This document shows, one piece after another, positions 1-12,015 of a stretch of DNA of 64,000 nucleotides. The stretch spans positions 1,116,001 to 1,180,000 of the forward strand of contig JBLDXI010000033.1 of assembly GCA_047495785.1 (NCBI GenBank), read 5' to 3'. Positions within the stretch are counted from its first letter, which is position 1. Every line of letters starts with the position of its first letter. Below the pieces are notes generated by a model, which was not told the DNA's origin, ran no database searches, and was given only the letters and a program-made list of their open reading frames with translations. Both the position numbers and the translations under genes were made by a program. The DNA comes from Lepidodermella squamata (Eukaryota > Animalia > Gastrotricha).

Positions 1-2008
1 ATGCCAACATGTACCAGACTGTTCGTTATCCTAACTCTAATAGGTAAAATCAGCTGATGAATTCCTTATTGCAAATTCCACCTTAAAACTTATAGGAAAT
101 GTACTAGCTCAAGACGATTATTCGGTCGATTTAGGTCGCAGGTGTGAGGGTGGCCAACTAAGCGATAGTTTCCGGTCTATCGCTGATTGTCAGCAGGGCT
201 GTTCAAGAAATCGAGATTGTGCCGGTTTCAATTGGTACCCAACTCAATCTCGTTGCGTTTTAGCCTCGATTAACTGTCGCACTGCTCGAAGCCGAGATTC
301 TGATTATTACACGAAGCCAAACTCCAGTCCCTCGCCAGTGGAAGCGCCGGAGCAACCTATTAGGCAGCAATTGACTAGTCCTAGTACGAATGAGGGTCGC
401 AAATACCGAGTAACCCTAGGCTATACGTGCCAAGGCGGGGAAAGTCGATCGATCGGCCAAGCGAGATCGACGATTCAAGAATGCTTGAAGCTATGCAGTG
501 TTACAGCAGAGTGTTACGGGTTCACCTGGGACGTTTCGATTGGCCAGTGTTACCTAACTACAGGGCGATGCTACTTCTCGCCGAGCAATCAATACGTGTT
601 TTACATCAGGCCACCTACGGAATTTGGTCAGCGGAATAGTAATCCAGCGGATTTACTCGCCGCCCCGAGAAATTCAGTTGTAAATCAATTCATCAGCCGG
701 ATAAACTGGGCGCAGAGTAATGTGCTACCTGACTACCGAAGCGGAACCGGCTGGGCTTGTTCCGGGGATTTATCGTCTCAAATAGGGCCGTCAATGTCGA
801 CCGCCCAGGAATGTGCAGCCATCTGTGACTTGGCTGCTAATTGCCAGGGTTTCACGATCTATCTACTACAACGGCGTTGTATTGTTCGAACTACTGATTG
901 CAAAATCGAACAGTCGCAGTGGTCTATCCTATATCGAAAGCGATGGATGACCTATGTGACAGAGGTTCCGGTCACAACGCCACAGCCTGAATCTCTCATC
1001 CCGTCGGCTCTGAACGCAGAACCTGATGATATGAACTGGAATAGGCAACTGTCAATCTCGATACCGGGGTATCAGATAAATTTAGGTGCTAACTGTTACG
1101 GCACGCGGCCAATTTTTCAACTACAGACCAATCTGATGGATTGCATGGACCGTTGTAGTAAAAATGTTGATTGCGCTGGTTTTAATTGGAACTTCGACTC
1201 GAATTTATGTGTCCCACTTAATGGCGGTTGCTCAATAGGTGTCGACCCTCAATTTGCGTATTATAGGCGAGAAGGAATGGCGAAAACAACTCGATACCCC
1301 ACTACAACCGAAACAACGACTCGGACAACAACGGTACCAACCACTTCAAAACGATGGGAGGAATATAGGACGACCCGATGGGAGGAATATAGGACCACCA
1401 CGCCTCGTACAACTACTACTACTACAGAGCAACTACCGCAGGAGAGATTTAGCTATTTTACTCGGAACGAAACTAGATGCATGAATGGGAATGCTCTTGG
1501 TCCAATTTTAACCAGCGTCGAAGAATGTATTGAAATGTGCAATAAGCTACCCGATTGCTACGGCTTCAATTGGCGACCCTTCGAAGGAAAATGCGCGGCT
1601 CGCGACCGAGATTGCGTCTTCAGCGCAACTCCTGGAACAATTTTCTACGAAAAATCCAGCGCGACTTCTGCACCTACTTACTATGAAAGATCGACAATTT
1701 CAACCACCACAACTGAACTAGCGACTACTGTCTCTTCTACGGCGTTGAACGCTGAGGAGGAAGACTCGGCGCTGAATTATGCCGACTACAACGGTATGAG
1801 GTGTTCCGGTGGCGTGAAAATCGGCGAGATTTTGCCGAATCTCGGCGATTGCTTCAAAATGTGCGATCGATTGCCGCAGTGTGCCGGCTTTAATTGGCGT
1901 CTCAGCGATCGCGTATGCGTGGCACGCACGAGCCAGTGCGAGACAGGCCCCATGGTTGATTCGATTTTCTATAAAAAGAAAAAGACGCAAACCGCTGAGC
2001 GTGATTAA
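1..2008 (+). CDS. Secreted multi-PAN/Apple-like protein A (6 mini-PAN modules, Thr-rich linkers); exons 1-43, 96-2008
   Basis: ATG at 1; phase-1 GT-AG intron 44-95 joins signal peptide MPTCTRLFVILTLIG/NVLAQ in frame to ORF 338-2008; six C-x13-17-C-x3-C-x5-CxGFxW-x5-6-C-x6-C repeats. Confidence 0.85.
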
Positions 2009-2238
2009 CTAGACGCTTATATTAGGCCTTGGCGATATTAATAAAAAATCGGCAAATAAAATATGATGTTTTATATTGACATACAACATGTATAATACCC
2101 AGCTTATCATTTTTGTGCAGCTGTATAATAAAATTCCTTCAAGCGCATTTTTTTCCCACGTAATCTCGAGAACGTATCTAAAAACTTTGGCTTCCCCACA
2201 CGAGAGGTTATGATCATCCAACCTATCCAGGCTCAGTC

Positions 2239-4084
2239 ATGAAGCTGCAATTAATAGAATTAATAGCTAATTTCTTCCTTGGTAAGTGAATAAATAATAA
2301 AGCCAAAACATTTTTATTTCAACTTCAATAAAGGATGCGCTTTTGCCGATTTTTCCCCAAAAGTTGGTTACCGATGCACAGGTCGCAAAATTGGCATGAC
2401 AAGTACCTCAGTTCGGGAATGCAAAGATTTTTGCAGTGAATTAGTCGGCTGTTATGGATTCAACTGGGACATGGCTTCAGGAAGCTGCTACCCAACCTCA
2501 TTTGGTTGCAGTTTTGTGGCCCTACCTCAATTTGTTTATTTCAAACGGCAGGAGCTAGATTTTCGAGTCAACGAAGAATCGAGCAGTCAAACCACCACTA
2601 CTCAACCAAACATCGTCCTTAACGACCAAGTTTCTAAAGCTGAATTGCCCAACTATAAACCAAGGCCGGGTATTCGGTGCAACAACGAAGAAATCGCGCG
2701 ACTGACTCCGAACGATAAATTGGTCGAAATTTGCATTAGGATTTGCGAATTTCGTGTTGAATGCACCGGCTTCAACTGGGATAGACGATTGAAAGAATGC
2801 GTTATTTTCGACTCTCGCTGTAACGAAACGAGAGATCGAGGTTTCCTTTACTACAGCAAGCCAAGAAATAGGCCGATTTTCACACCAAATCCGGCCGGGC
2901 TGGTCGCATCGATGCAGGAAATATTGATCGGGCAAATCGATTGGCGGAGTGATCCTAATTTTCCTGGTTACCGGATCGGCTATGGCTGGGCTTGTAACGG
3001 CGATGCATCCACCTTGATTCAATTTTCGAGTGAAGGTCCGCTGAATTGCGCCGCGATTTGTGATGCGAATCCTCGTTGCCAAGGTTTCACGCATTACTTG
3101 AAGCTAAATTATTGCATTGTAAGGAGTGTGGGTTGCAAAATCGAACTGGCGCCTGGGGACGGTTCTATCCTATATTGGAAACCTTACAAGTTACAGGTTT
3201 TTACAACAACCGAGTCGACAATGTCGACGATTGAGGAGGCTGAGGACGATTTGATTGTCCCTAATTCAGAATTCGTCGCTAAATTCGGCGAGAAATGTGT
3301 TCAAAGCACCGATTTATTTGCCTTCCAAGGCTCTTTATTCGGCTGCATTGATCGATGCAATCGACGAAAAGGTTGCAACGGATTCAATTGGAACTACGAA
3401 GCAAATGAATGTAAAGGGGTAGGGGATACCTGCATAAAGGCTGAGAATTCATCTTTTGTCTACTACCATCGGCCTGAAACAACAACTACACTAACTACCA
3501 ATGTGCCCTTAGCTACGCAAAATCATCTGTCAAATGGGTACAAGTCGATGAAAAATCAGCAATGCATCGGAAGTAAACAAATCGGCACAGCAGCGACGGA
3601 TATTTTCCGTTGTATTACTTACTGCGATTTTTCCGACGAATGCTACGGCATCAACTGGACTCCGAATGTCGAATGCTATGCTATCTCTGGATCGTGCAGC
3701 TTCAAAGATCAGGAAAATTCGATTTTTTTATTGAAATCTTCAGAAGCGGGTGATAATATTTTCGAATTTATTTCGGCTTTAATCAAGCCATCAACAATTG
3801 GATCAAATCATGTTACGACTACAACTAATTCACCGGCAATTTCCTGGGATTTGAACCCTAATTTTTCGGCAATTATTGGCTACCGATGCGCTGGTGGAAA
3901 AAGTGAAACAATCGGAGACGTGGTATCTAATTTGGACCTCTGCTTCGAGCTATGCATAAAAAATAAAGACTGCTTTGGCTTGAATTGGCGGCCCGAAGAA
4001 AGCCGATGTGCAGCTAAAACGCAAGGATGCGAATACATGGTCAATTATGCGACTGTATTTTTCGCGAAGAAGAATATTTCTTAA
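2239..4084 (+). CDS. Secreted multi-PAN/Apple-like protein B (6 modules); exons 2239-2281, 2334-4084
   Basis: ATG 2239, MKLQLIELIANFFLG/CAFA signal; intron 2282-2333 (gtaagt..aag) in frame with ORF 2396-4084; same Cys repeat. Confidence 0.85.
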
Positions 4085-4109
4085 CATTTTGTTTTAATAT
4101 TTTGAGTCT

Positions 4110-4230
4110 GGCCTTTACGCTATTTGCGCAACGACAAAAGAGCAAGGACATTAGAGCAAATTAGAGCCATGACCTTAAAAAGTTGCCCATTTGTCCTGCT
4201 CATTTGATGTTGGGCAAATAGCTTAAGACC
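4110..4230. repeat. Imperfect ~120 bp foldback (possible small MITE)
   Basis: Left arm ggcctttacgctatttgcgcaacgacaaaagagcaaggaca versus reverse complement of the right arm ggtcttaagctatttgcccaacatcaaatgagcaggaca. Confidence 0.6.
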
Positions 4231-4664
4231 GTAAAATGTTATGCCCGGTTTTTTTAAGTAATTTTGAGTTGATAATAAACACTACGTTGTCTTGTTTGTT
4301 GTCTGATGAGCGTGTTCGTGCAAGAAATTATCTTGTAAAGCGGTTGGGGGAGTATTAGAAGACTTGTTGCTTAACTTCTTGACATTTTCGAGAATTACCT
4401 ATACTTATGATATTATTAACCCTATTTTTGCAGCCCACCCCCATGTATGTAATGTAGGAATGAACAACTCGTGCTGAGCCTGACCGCTGTCCAATGCTGT
4501 AGGTACTGCAGAAGAACGAGTCAAGAAATTACAACACGCTCGTATTATTCATAGAAAAATTAATCTGCCATGTAAAAGGCTAAACCTTCCATACTATCTA
4601 ACTAGTCAAAAACAACTAGCGGTTTAGAAAAAAAATTTGACACTAAAATGTTTTTGTAGGTATC

Positions 4665-7600
4665 ATGTTGTTACGCCCGAATTTTATTTTTACCTTAATC
4701 CTCCTGGTCAAATGTGTTAATTGTCAATTTTACAACGCCGAAAATGGCCGGCAGTGTGCGGGCGGGGAGGTTATCAGCGACTCCTTGGCGACTCAAGGCC
4801 AGTGCACCGATGTCTGCGACAAAATTCGAAATTGCATTGGATTCGAGTGGAACGTCACATCGGAGACTTGTACGCCGAAAGCTGGCGATTGTCAAATTTC
4901 GCGAGACGATGGTTACATTTTTTACCGGAAACCAGGCTACGTTCCACGTGGGTTGAACCCCGAATTGAACAAAACCCAGGAGGATGAGAAGTATAAAATC
5001 AAACTCGGCTATCGATGCAGTGGTGGTTACAGTAAGGTGATAGGCGAGTCGAAATCTTCGACACAGGAATGTCGAGACTACTGCAATAACCGGCCTGATT
5101 GTTACGGATTCTCCTGGGATCTATCGTCCGGAACTTGTTACGCAACAACCGGCAGTTGCATCTACGAAAACTACCCTCAATTCGTGTTTTTCATTCGACC
5201 ATTATCAATTGGGAGAAAACTTCTCAACTCTGTCACGGCCCCTACGCTGGGCGAGAAGCCCGATCCGCGGAGAAATTATCAAGAAATCCGAGGGACATAT
5301 TGCACTGGTGGATCTAGTGTGGCTCTGTCGAACCCTGAAACTGAATTCATAAAATGTATGGAGGTTTGCGAACCGCCAGGTAACTGCATCGGGTTCAATT
5401 TCAACCGGAAAAACCGAAGTTGTACCGCGGTTTCTGTTGGCTGTGAGATGCGTCTTGATGACGGCTGGTTTTTCTATGGCAAAATCGCTCAGCTAATCAA
5501 AACTACTTCGACCACCCCCTCAAGTTTAGCAACGCCAGTTTTAGCCGGGAATTCAAGCCAGCGAGATTCAACTGCTTTTTATCTGGCTGTTGGTGGTACC
5601 CAATGCCGTGCAGATCCAGGGGCGATTCTTGCGAATGGGCAGGCTGTCGATTATTGCCGCCGGTCTTGTGACTTGATGAACAACTGTGTCGGCTTTAATT
5701 GGTATGCTGCCATTGAGGTTTGCTCCCTTGTCGCCCCGGGCTGCGAGGAAGCTCGAGATCCTGACTACGTCTACTACAGAAAGGAAGCGCCGCCCCAAAC
5801 CATAGGCCTACCACCGCGATTCGTTATGTCTTACCAGGACCAGGTCATATCGCGGATCAAGTGGACAGAAAGCAAAGTCCTGGAGGACTACCGGTCAGCT
5901 GTTGGATGGGCCTGTAAAGGGGATTTATCTTCGCAAATCGATGCATCTCAGAACAACGCCCAGATCTGCGCTTCTATTTGTAATTCAGCTCCGAAAGGGG
6001 CCTGTCAGGGCTTCACAGTCTACCCAGCTAGACGGCTTTGTGTTGTTCGAACTATCGAATGTAGGATTGAGCAAGAGGAAAGGGCGATTCTTTACCGAAG
6101 GAAGGAGATGACTTATGTAACCACCCCTCCTACAACGATATCAACAACCCCTGCGAGCACAACCTTACCCGGGTCTGCTACCATTCCTAGAGCAATCGAC
6201 GACGAGCCAGTGGATGATAGCTCGAAAAAGATAGTCTTCAACGGAGGGGATTTCAAAGCGTATTTAGCTAGAACTTGTATTGGGTCGAAGCCGATTTTCA
6301 AGCTGCAGATGTTTTTGTACGATTGTTTTGACCGGTGCGCTACTTACCCGGACTGTGTTGGTTTCACCTGGAATCTGGAGCTGAGTCAATGTACGGCCAC
6401 AAGCCAGGGCTGTATCGTTACTGATAGCAATGCCGAAAGCGTCTTCTACCTTAAAAATTCTCAGCGGGAGTATGTAGGGTTCAATTCTGAGCCATCGTTA
6501 CCGTTGGAACCAAGTGTTACCATTATGGCATCTTCTGTTGGCTCTACAATTACCCGGATTGCTACAAGCAGTTCAACTGATACAACAACTACTACTATTC
6601 CGACTTCTTCAACTGCCACTACTCAGCCTAACATTATGATAGGCAATGGTGGCTTCAAGGCCTTTGTCAACACCAAGTGCAAAGATAGCAGTGTAATCGC
6701 GCTGCCGTACCAAGACATAAACAAGTGCATCTCAGTTTGCGAATCAACACCCGGGTGTTACGGCATCAACTGGGAACCACTAGGCGAGTGCTCCGCGATC
6801 ACCAGGGGTTGCATGCCCGAGGAAGATAAGTCGACCCAGTTTTTGGTTCGAACATCTGATCCTAAGGATGACATCACCAAGTTTCTTGCTCAGATGCTTG
6901 AAATCATTAATCCTATCGGAGAGACAACGACGACTACGAGACGGAAGCTCATCAATCTTGGATCAGCTACAACCACTCGGAAAACCACGACTTGGAGTGA
7001 ATATTATGATAACGACGATGACACAACAATAAAGCCTACAACTCGCGGTACAAGTTCAGCGAGAACAAATTCTCAGAAGTTTACCACGGTTAATGATGAT
7101 GAATATTACGACTATACTGATGAGACAACTGTCGGCAGAAAAACGACGACTAGGCCGACTTCGTCAAGCTCTCAAACTGTTGGAACAACTACTACATCTC
7201 CAAAGCCGGCAAGCAGTCCGAAAACTTTGCCGACTTCATCAAGCCCTCAGACTGCTGGAACAACTGCTCCAACTCCGAAGGCGGTAAACAGTCCTTGGGA
7301 TGAGAAAAATGAGAATTACATGTCAGTCAGTGGGTTCCGCTGTGCAGAAGGAAAAAGTCAAACTATTGGCGAGGTTATCTATGATTTGGATATATGCTTC
7401 GAAACTTGTATCAAGGAAAAAACTTGCTTTGGATTCAATTATCGTCCTGATGAAGACCGATGTGCACTCAAAACCAGTGGCTGTGAGTACATCAGCGATA
7501 GGACTGCGGTTTTCTTCAAGAAAAAGGAAACGGCGGGAATAATTTTCAGAATTAGCTCGACTACTTCAACGAAGATACCTGAGACTACGATTTCAGTTGA

Positions 7601-8531
7601 GCCGGTAACTTCTAGAAGGACTACTAATGCAACTACGCAGAAAGCTACTACCACTACTACCACTACTACCACTACTCGCCCATCTACTCTGCCTTCGACT
7701 TCCCGAACTGTTCCAACAACCGCGAGCTCAACATCAACTACCACACGAACAAGTACTACTCCGACCACGACATCCAGGACAACTTCAACTACAATTACTA
7801 CGAGTCCTAGGACCTCTACTACGACTACGACTCCTAGAACCACTTCTACTACTACGACTGTTAGACCTACTACTACCACGACATCACCAACAACAACTAC
7901 AACAAGAGCAACAACGGCTACAACAAGAACAACGACAACTACAACAAGAGCAACTACAACTACAACAAGAGCAACTACAACTACAACGAGACCCAGGAGT
8001 ACCTCTACAGTTCCATCAACGACCTCTTTCACGACTTTGGGGCCTGTTTTAGGCGGTTACGGAATCAAGCCGAACTATTCACCAAATCTGCTGTACAAAT
8101 GCGCAGATGTTAATGATTTTAGCTTATTCGAACTTGTCACTACCCTTCGCGAGTGTTCGGAACTCTGTGACGTCATCGCAAGATGTGTCGGCTTCAATTG
8201 GCGGCCGGAAGAAAGGCAGTGTCGCGGTGTTACCGATAAATGCATATTAGCTTTCGATATGAATACGATTTTTTACCGGAACAACAAAACATTAGGCCTT
8301 TTGCGGGTTGCAACAACAAGATCATTGACGACTCGAACTACCACGACTACTACGCCGGAGAGTATTCTAGAACCGGCAACCCTTGTTGGAATCATTCGAA
8401 GGCCCCGGCCGACTCGATTTGTTCAAACTACTACTTCTGAGCGGCCTATGGTAGTACTGGGCACCCAACAGGAGCAAGAAGATCTTCCTGCGTATCTTAC
8501 GGAGGAAAATAACGCTAGCATGGAAGATTAA
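4665..8531 (+). CDS. Secreted multi-PAN/Apple-like mucin-like protein C (9 modules, long Thr/Ser tract), single coding exon
   Basis: 1288-aa ORF with signal peptide MLLRPNFIFTLILLVKCVNC, nine 6-Cys modules and a PTS-rich tract at ~7560-8040. Confidence 0.9.
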   Translation: MLLRPNFIFTLILLVKCVNCQFYNAENGRQCAGGEVISDSLATQGQCTDVCDKIRNCIGFEWNVTSETCTPKAGDCQISRDDGYIFYRKPGYVPRGLNPELNKTQEDEKYKIKLGYRCSGGYSKVIGESKSSTQECRDYCNNRPDCYGFSWDLSSGTCYATTGSCIYENYPQFVFFIRPLSIGRKLLNSVTAPTLGEKPDPRRNYQEIRGTYCTGGSSVALSNPETEFIKCMEVCEPPGNCIGFNFNRKNRSCTAVSVGCEMRLDDGWFFYGKIAQLIKTTSTTPSSLATPVLAGNSSQRDSTAFYLAVGGTQCRADPGAILANGQAVDYCRRSCDLMNNCVGFNWYAAIEVCSLVAPGCEEARDPDYVYYRKEAPPQTIGLPPRFVMSYQDQVISRIKWTESKVLEDYRSAVGWACKGDLSSQIDASQNNAQICASICNSAPKGACQGFTVYPARRLCVVRTIECRIEQEERAILYRRKEMTYVTTPPTTISTTPASTTLPGSATIPRAIDDEPVDDSSKKIVFNGGDFKAYLARTCIGSKPIFKLQMFLYDCFDRCATYPDCVGFTWNLELSQCTATSQGCIVTDSNAESVFYLKNSQREYVGFNSEPSLPLEPSVTIMASSVGSTITRIATSSSTDTTTTTIPTSSTATTQPNIMIGNGGFKAFVNTKCKDSSVIALPYQDINKCISVCESTPGCYGINWEPLGECSAITRGCMPEEDKSTQFLVRTSDPKDDITKFLAQMLEIINPIGETTTTTRRKLINLGSATTTRKTTTWSEYYDNDDDTTIKPTTRGTSSARTNSQKFTTVNDDEYYDYTDETTVGRKTTTRPTSSSSQTVGTTTTSPKPASSPKTLPTSSSPQTAGTTAPTPKAVNSPWDEKNENYMSVSGFRCAEGKSQTIGEVIYDLDICFETCIKEKTCFGFNYRPDEDRCALKTSGCEYISDRTAVFFKKKETAGIIFRISSTTSTKIPETTISVEPVTSRRTTNATTQKATTTTTTTTTTRPSTLPSTSRTVPTTASSTSTTTRTSTTPTTTSRTTSTTITTSPRTSTTTTTPRTTSTTTTVRPTTTTTSPTTTTTRATTATTRTTTTTTRATTTTTRATTTTTRPRSTSTVPSTTSFTTLGPVLGGYGIKPNYSPNLLYKCADVNDFSLFELVTTLRECSELCDVIARCVGFNWRPEERQCRGVTDKCILAFDMNTIFYRNNKTLGLLRVATTRSLTTRTTTTTTPESILEPATLVGIIRRPRPTRFVQTTTSERPMVVLGTQQEQEDLPAYLTEENNASMED

Positions 8532-8881
8532 GGCTGAAATATATTCTAATTTTTTCTATGATTTTAATTAGCCGCTGAAATTAATTTTAACCGCTTCAAC
8601 CGGTGAAATAAACCAATGATGGAAGAAGATTTTAACTAGTTTTGCTATCATTCATTGTATTACTCCCCGGGAGAACCTGTAGGTATGCGTCACCCGAGTG
8701 AAAATAATAACAAACACGTATGCGAAGTTAAATGCTGGATGTAACCTTGTATAAAGATGCACTGCCAACAATAGCTCGTGCGTAGCGTGCATTAATCTTG
8801 ATGATGTTGAGTTCCTTATGACTTTGTGGTTCACACTATAAAGAACAGTGTATTCTCGTGCCACCTTAAAAAATAATATCC

Positions 8882-11800
8882 ATGATCAGAATCATAATTT
8901 TATTGCTGATAGGTAAGTTCTAATTAACTCCCAAACTCACAGTCCACTTTTTGTCTCTTTTCAAGTTTATAAAGTTGGCGCGGAGCTCTACGACGCCGAG
9001 GAAGGTTGGAACTGTGTTGGCGGCGAGTATCTGGACGGCGAAGACCTAAGATCCCGAGGCGAATGCGCTGATTTTTGCGACAAACTCGAAAACTGCATTG
9101 GTTTTAACTGGTTTCAATTGAGATTGTCATGCGAGCCGAAACTCAACGACTGTTTACTGATTCGTGACCAAAGGGCGTATTTCTACAGAAAGCCCGAAAA
9201 TACCTCTGTTGTCGTCGATCCAACAAAGGAAAAGTATCGGATCAAAATCGGTTATGGATGTAACGGAGGGCCAAGTAAGCGGCTTGGCGAGCCACGGAAT
9301 AGTGTTGCCGAGTGTCAGGATGTCTGTAACAGCTACTTCGATTGCTACGGGTTCACCTGGGATGTAATGGCTGGTCGGTGTTCAGCGACAACTGGAGGAT
9401 GCATTTTCACTCAATACTCTCAAAGCGTCTTCTTTATCAGACCTGAGGGTATGGTCAATTACGTGAAACCTACCACGGAGAAACCTCAAAATTACCGAAA
9501 CAACTACCAGCCAAACCCTGGTTCGATTTGCTTAGGCGGGACTAGTGTTTTTTTGTCACAGTTCCAGAATGAAACAAGCAGATGCATGGAGACATGTGAG
9601 CCGCCAGGAAATTGCATCGGTTTCAACTACTTCAGGAGTAACCGGACTTGTGTCCCTATTTCTGTCGGATGTTCACTGCGGACATATGCTGAGGGTACTT
9701 TCTACAGTAAAATTGCTCAATTGATGAAAACACTCGGAACAACCCCGCCTAGAATCCTAACAGCCGCTACCAAGTCAAGCTTACAGCACAATCCTTCGGT
9801 GTATGTATCTGTCTTGAATACGAGATGTCGGGTGGATCCGAACGCAATTTTAACCACAAATCGGGCAATTGATGCTTGCAGGCTGATATGCGATGAAAGA
9901 TCCGACTGCATCGGTTTCAACTGGGTGGCTGCAAACAAAGTATGCAGCCTATTACCCCCTGGTTGCCTCGAAACCCAAGATCCTGATGTGGTCTACTACC
10001 GAAAGGAAGAAGCTCAACAATCCACGCCTTTGCCAGCAGTTTTCAACGCGCTATCCCTTCAAGATATTATGATTAGCCGAATCAAGTGGTCGCAAAGTAA
10101 TGTCCTGCCTGACTATCGAATGGGAAATGGGTGGTCATGTAACGGTGATTTATCAACGCAAATCGACGCCTCGCAGAACATGGCCCAGGCTTGTGCTCAA
10201 ATTTGCGACAACGCCCCACCTGGTCGTTGCCAGGGTTTTGTGGTATACCCGCTGAAGAGGCTATGCATAGTCAGGACTGTTGCGTGTAAAATTGAGCCGG
10301 AAGAAGGGGCGATACTTTACAGAAAAAGATGGTTGACCTACGTTACCGAACCTCCAAGACGGCAAACTACACTGTCCCCCTCCGCAATAACCGCACCGAG
10401 GCCATCCAATAGAGAGCCTGATTCTCTTACAGATAGAATGGTCGTAGAGGACACGCTGTTCGACGCTCATCTCAGCGCCATTTGTTTTGGGTCAAAAGTG
10501 CTCTTCAAGCTGAAGATGAGCCTTCTAGATTGCATGGATCGATGCAGTGAGAAGTTTGAGTGTGTCGGGTTCAATTGGAACCTCGAGACCGGCAGCTGCA
10601 ATGAAATGGCTCCTCGCTGCGTGGTTGTCGACACAACCCCTGAGAATGTATTCTACCTGAAAAACGCCAGGAAGAATGATGTGAGCATCCACGGTGATTT
10701 GACAACTACACAACGAACGTTTAGACCTCCGAATGGCTACCGACCGAATATGAACATGGGATGCACTGGCAGCAATGTGATCGGGAGCGAATCCTACGAT
10801 ATCAATCAATGCATTTGGATTTGCGATGGATCTGACAATTGCTTCGGAATCAATTGGATACCCCAAGGACTTTGCTCGGCCGTTGCTAAAGGGTGTGAAT
10901 CTGAAGGGGATATGATCTCGCATTTACTCGTGAAAACCGACGATCCTGAGGATGACATCAGAGTCTTTATAAGTGCAATGAATAGGACCACAACAACTGG
11001 GGCACCAACTCCTCCGTCCGACGTGATTGTGGTTGCTCAATTCCCGAACTATTGGCTCTACCCTCAAAGGCGATGCGTGAGTACCGATGAAGAGGGAACA
11101 ATAGGAGACCCTATAGTGGATTTGAACCAGTGCTTTGTGACATGTAACTCCTTAATGGATTGTCAGGGCTTCAACTGGCGATTGGATGAGAATCGTTGCT
11201 TACTCCAGGCTAGAGGTTGTCAGGTTACTGGTGAAAAAATCGCGCTTTACTATGAGAAGCGATTTCAGCCGACTGTGAAAACGACTAGGACAACCAGAGC
11301 TTCGACTACGCCCACTACGACTACGACGACGACTACGACGACTTCTGCTACCACTACCACTACCACTACTACTGAGGCTACAATGGCTCCAACTGCCAGA
11401 ACAACCCCAGCTATTACCAGGCCTACAGTCACTTTTACAAACAGACCACCAGTTTTCGCTACGCAAAGCAGGTTCTCATCGTCAACTTCATTCTCCACTT
11501 TTAGGCCAACGACAGGCACTACCGCAATGTGGAAATTCACTGTTCCAGATGAGTATTGGGACAAACACTTTAATTATTCACCTTTCGTCCGCTACCGTTG
11601 CGAGGCTGGGAAAAGTGAAGTTGTTGGAGACGTCAAACTGAGCCTGGATGAATGTTTTGAAATGTGTGAGCAACTGCCGACATGTGACGGCTTCAACTTT
11701 CGAATCTCCACCTCGAGCTGCATAGCATGGACGAAAGGCTGTGCGTTCACAAAAGACAACAATTCGATTCATTATCGTAGAATCTTTTACACAACGACCA

Positions 11801-12015
11801 CGAGGTCTACTACCACAACGACCACGACTACCGAGGCCCCTAGTACTACCTCTACGACAAGAAGAAGCACTACGACTACGGCTTTAGAAACCACCGAGCC
11901 AGAAACACTTGAGCCTGAGACGACCACGCGGACGACATTAAGGCAGCGAATTACTACTACTACTACTACACCTCCGGTAGCGACTCGCAGGCGACGAACC
12001 ACGCCGCCAAAGTAA
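8882..12015 (+). CDS. Secreted multi-PAN/Apple-like mucin-like protein D (9 modules); exons 8882-8912, 8966-12015
   Basis: ATG 8882, MIRIIILLLIV/YKVGA signal; phase-1 intron 8913-8965 in frame with ORF 9118-12015; colinear with protein C. Confidence 0.88.

Noticed and set aside
7439-8032. Val-rich antisense ORFs (also 11265-11564, 11787-12002, 37182-37475, 41529-41855)
   Set aside because: They are shadows of Thr-codon (ACN) mucin tracts on the opposite strand
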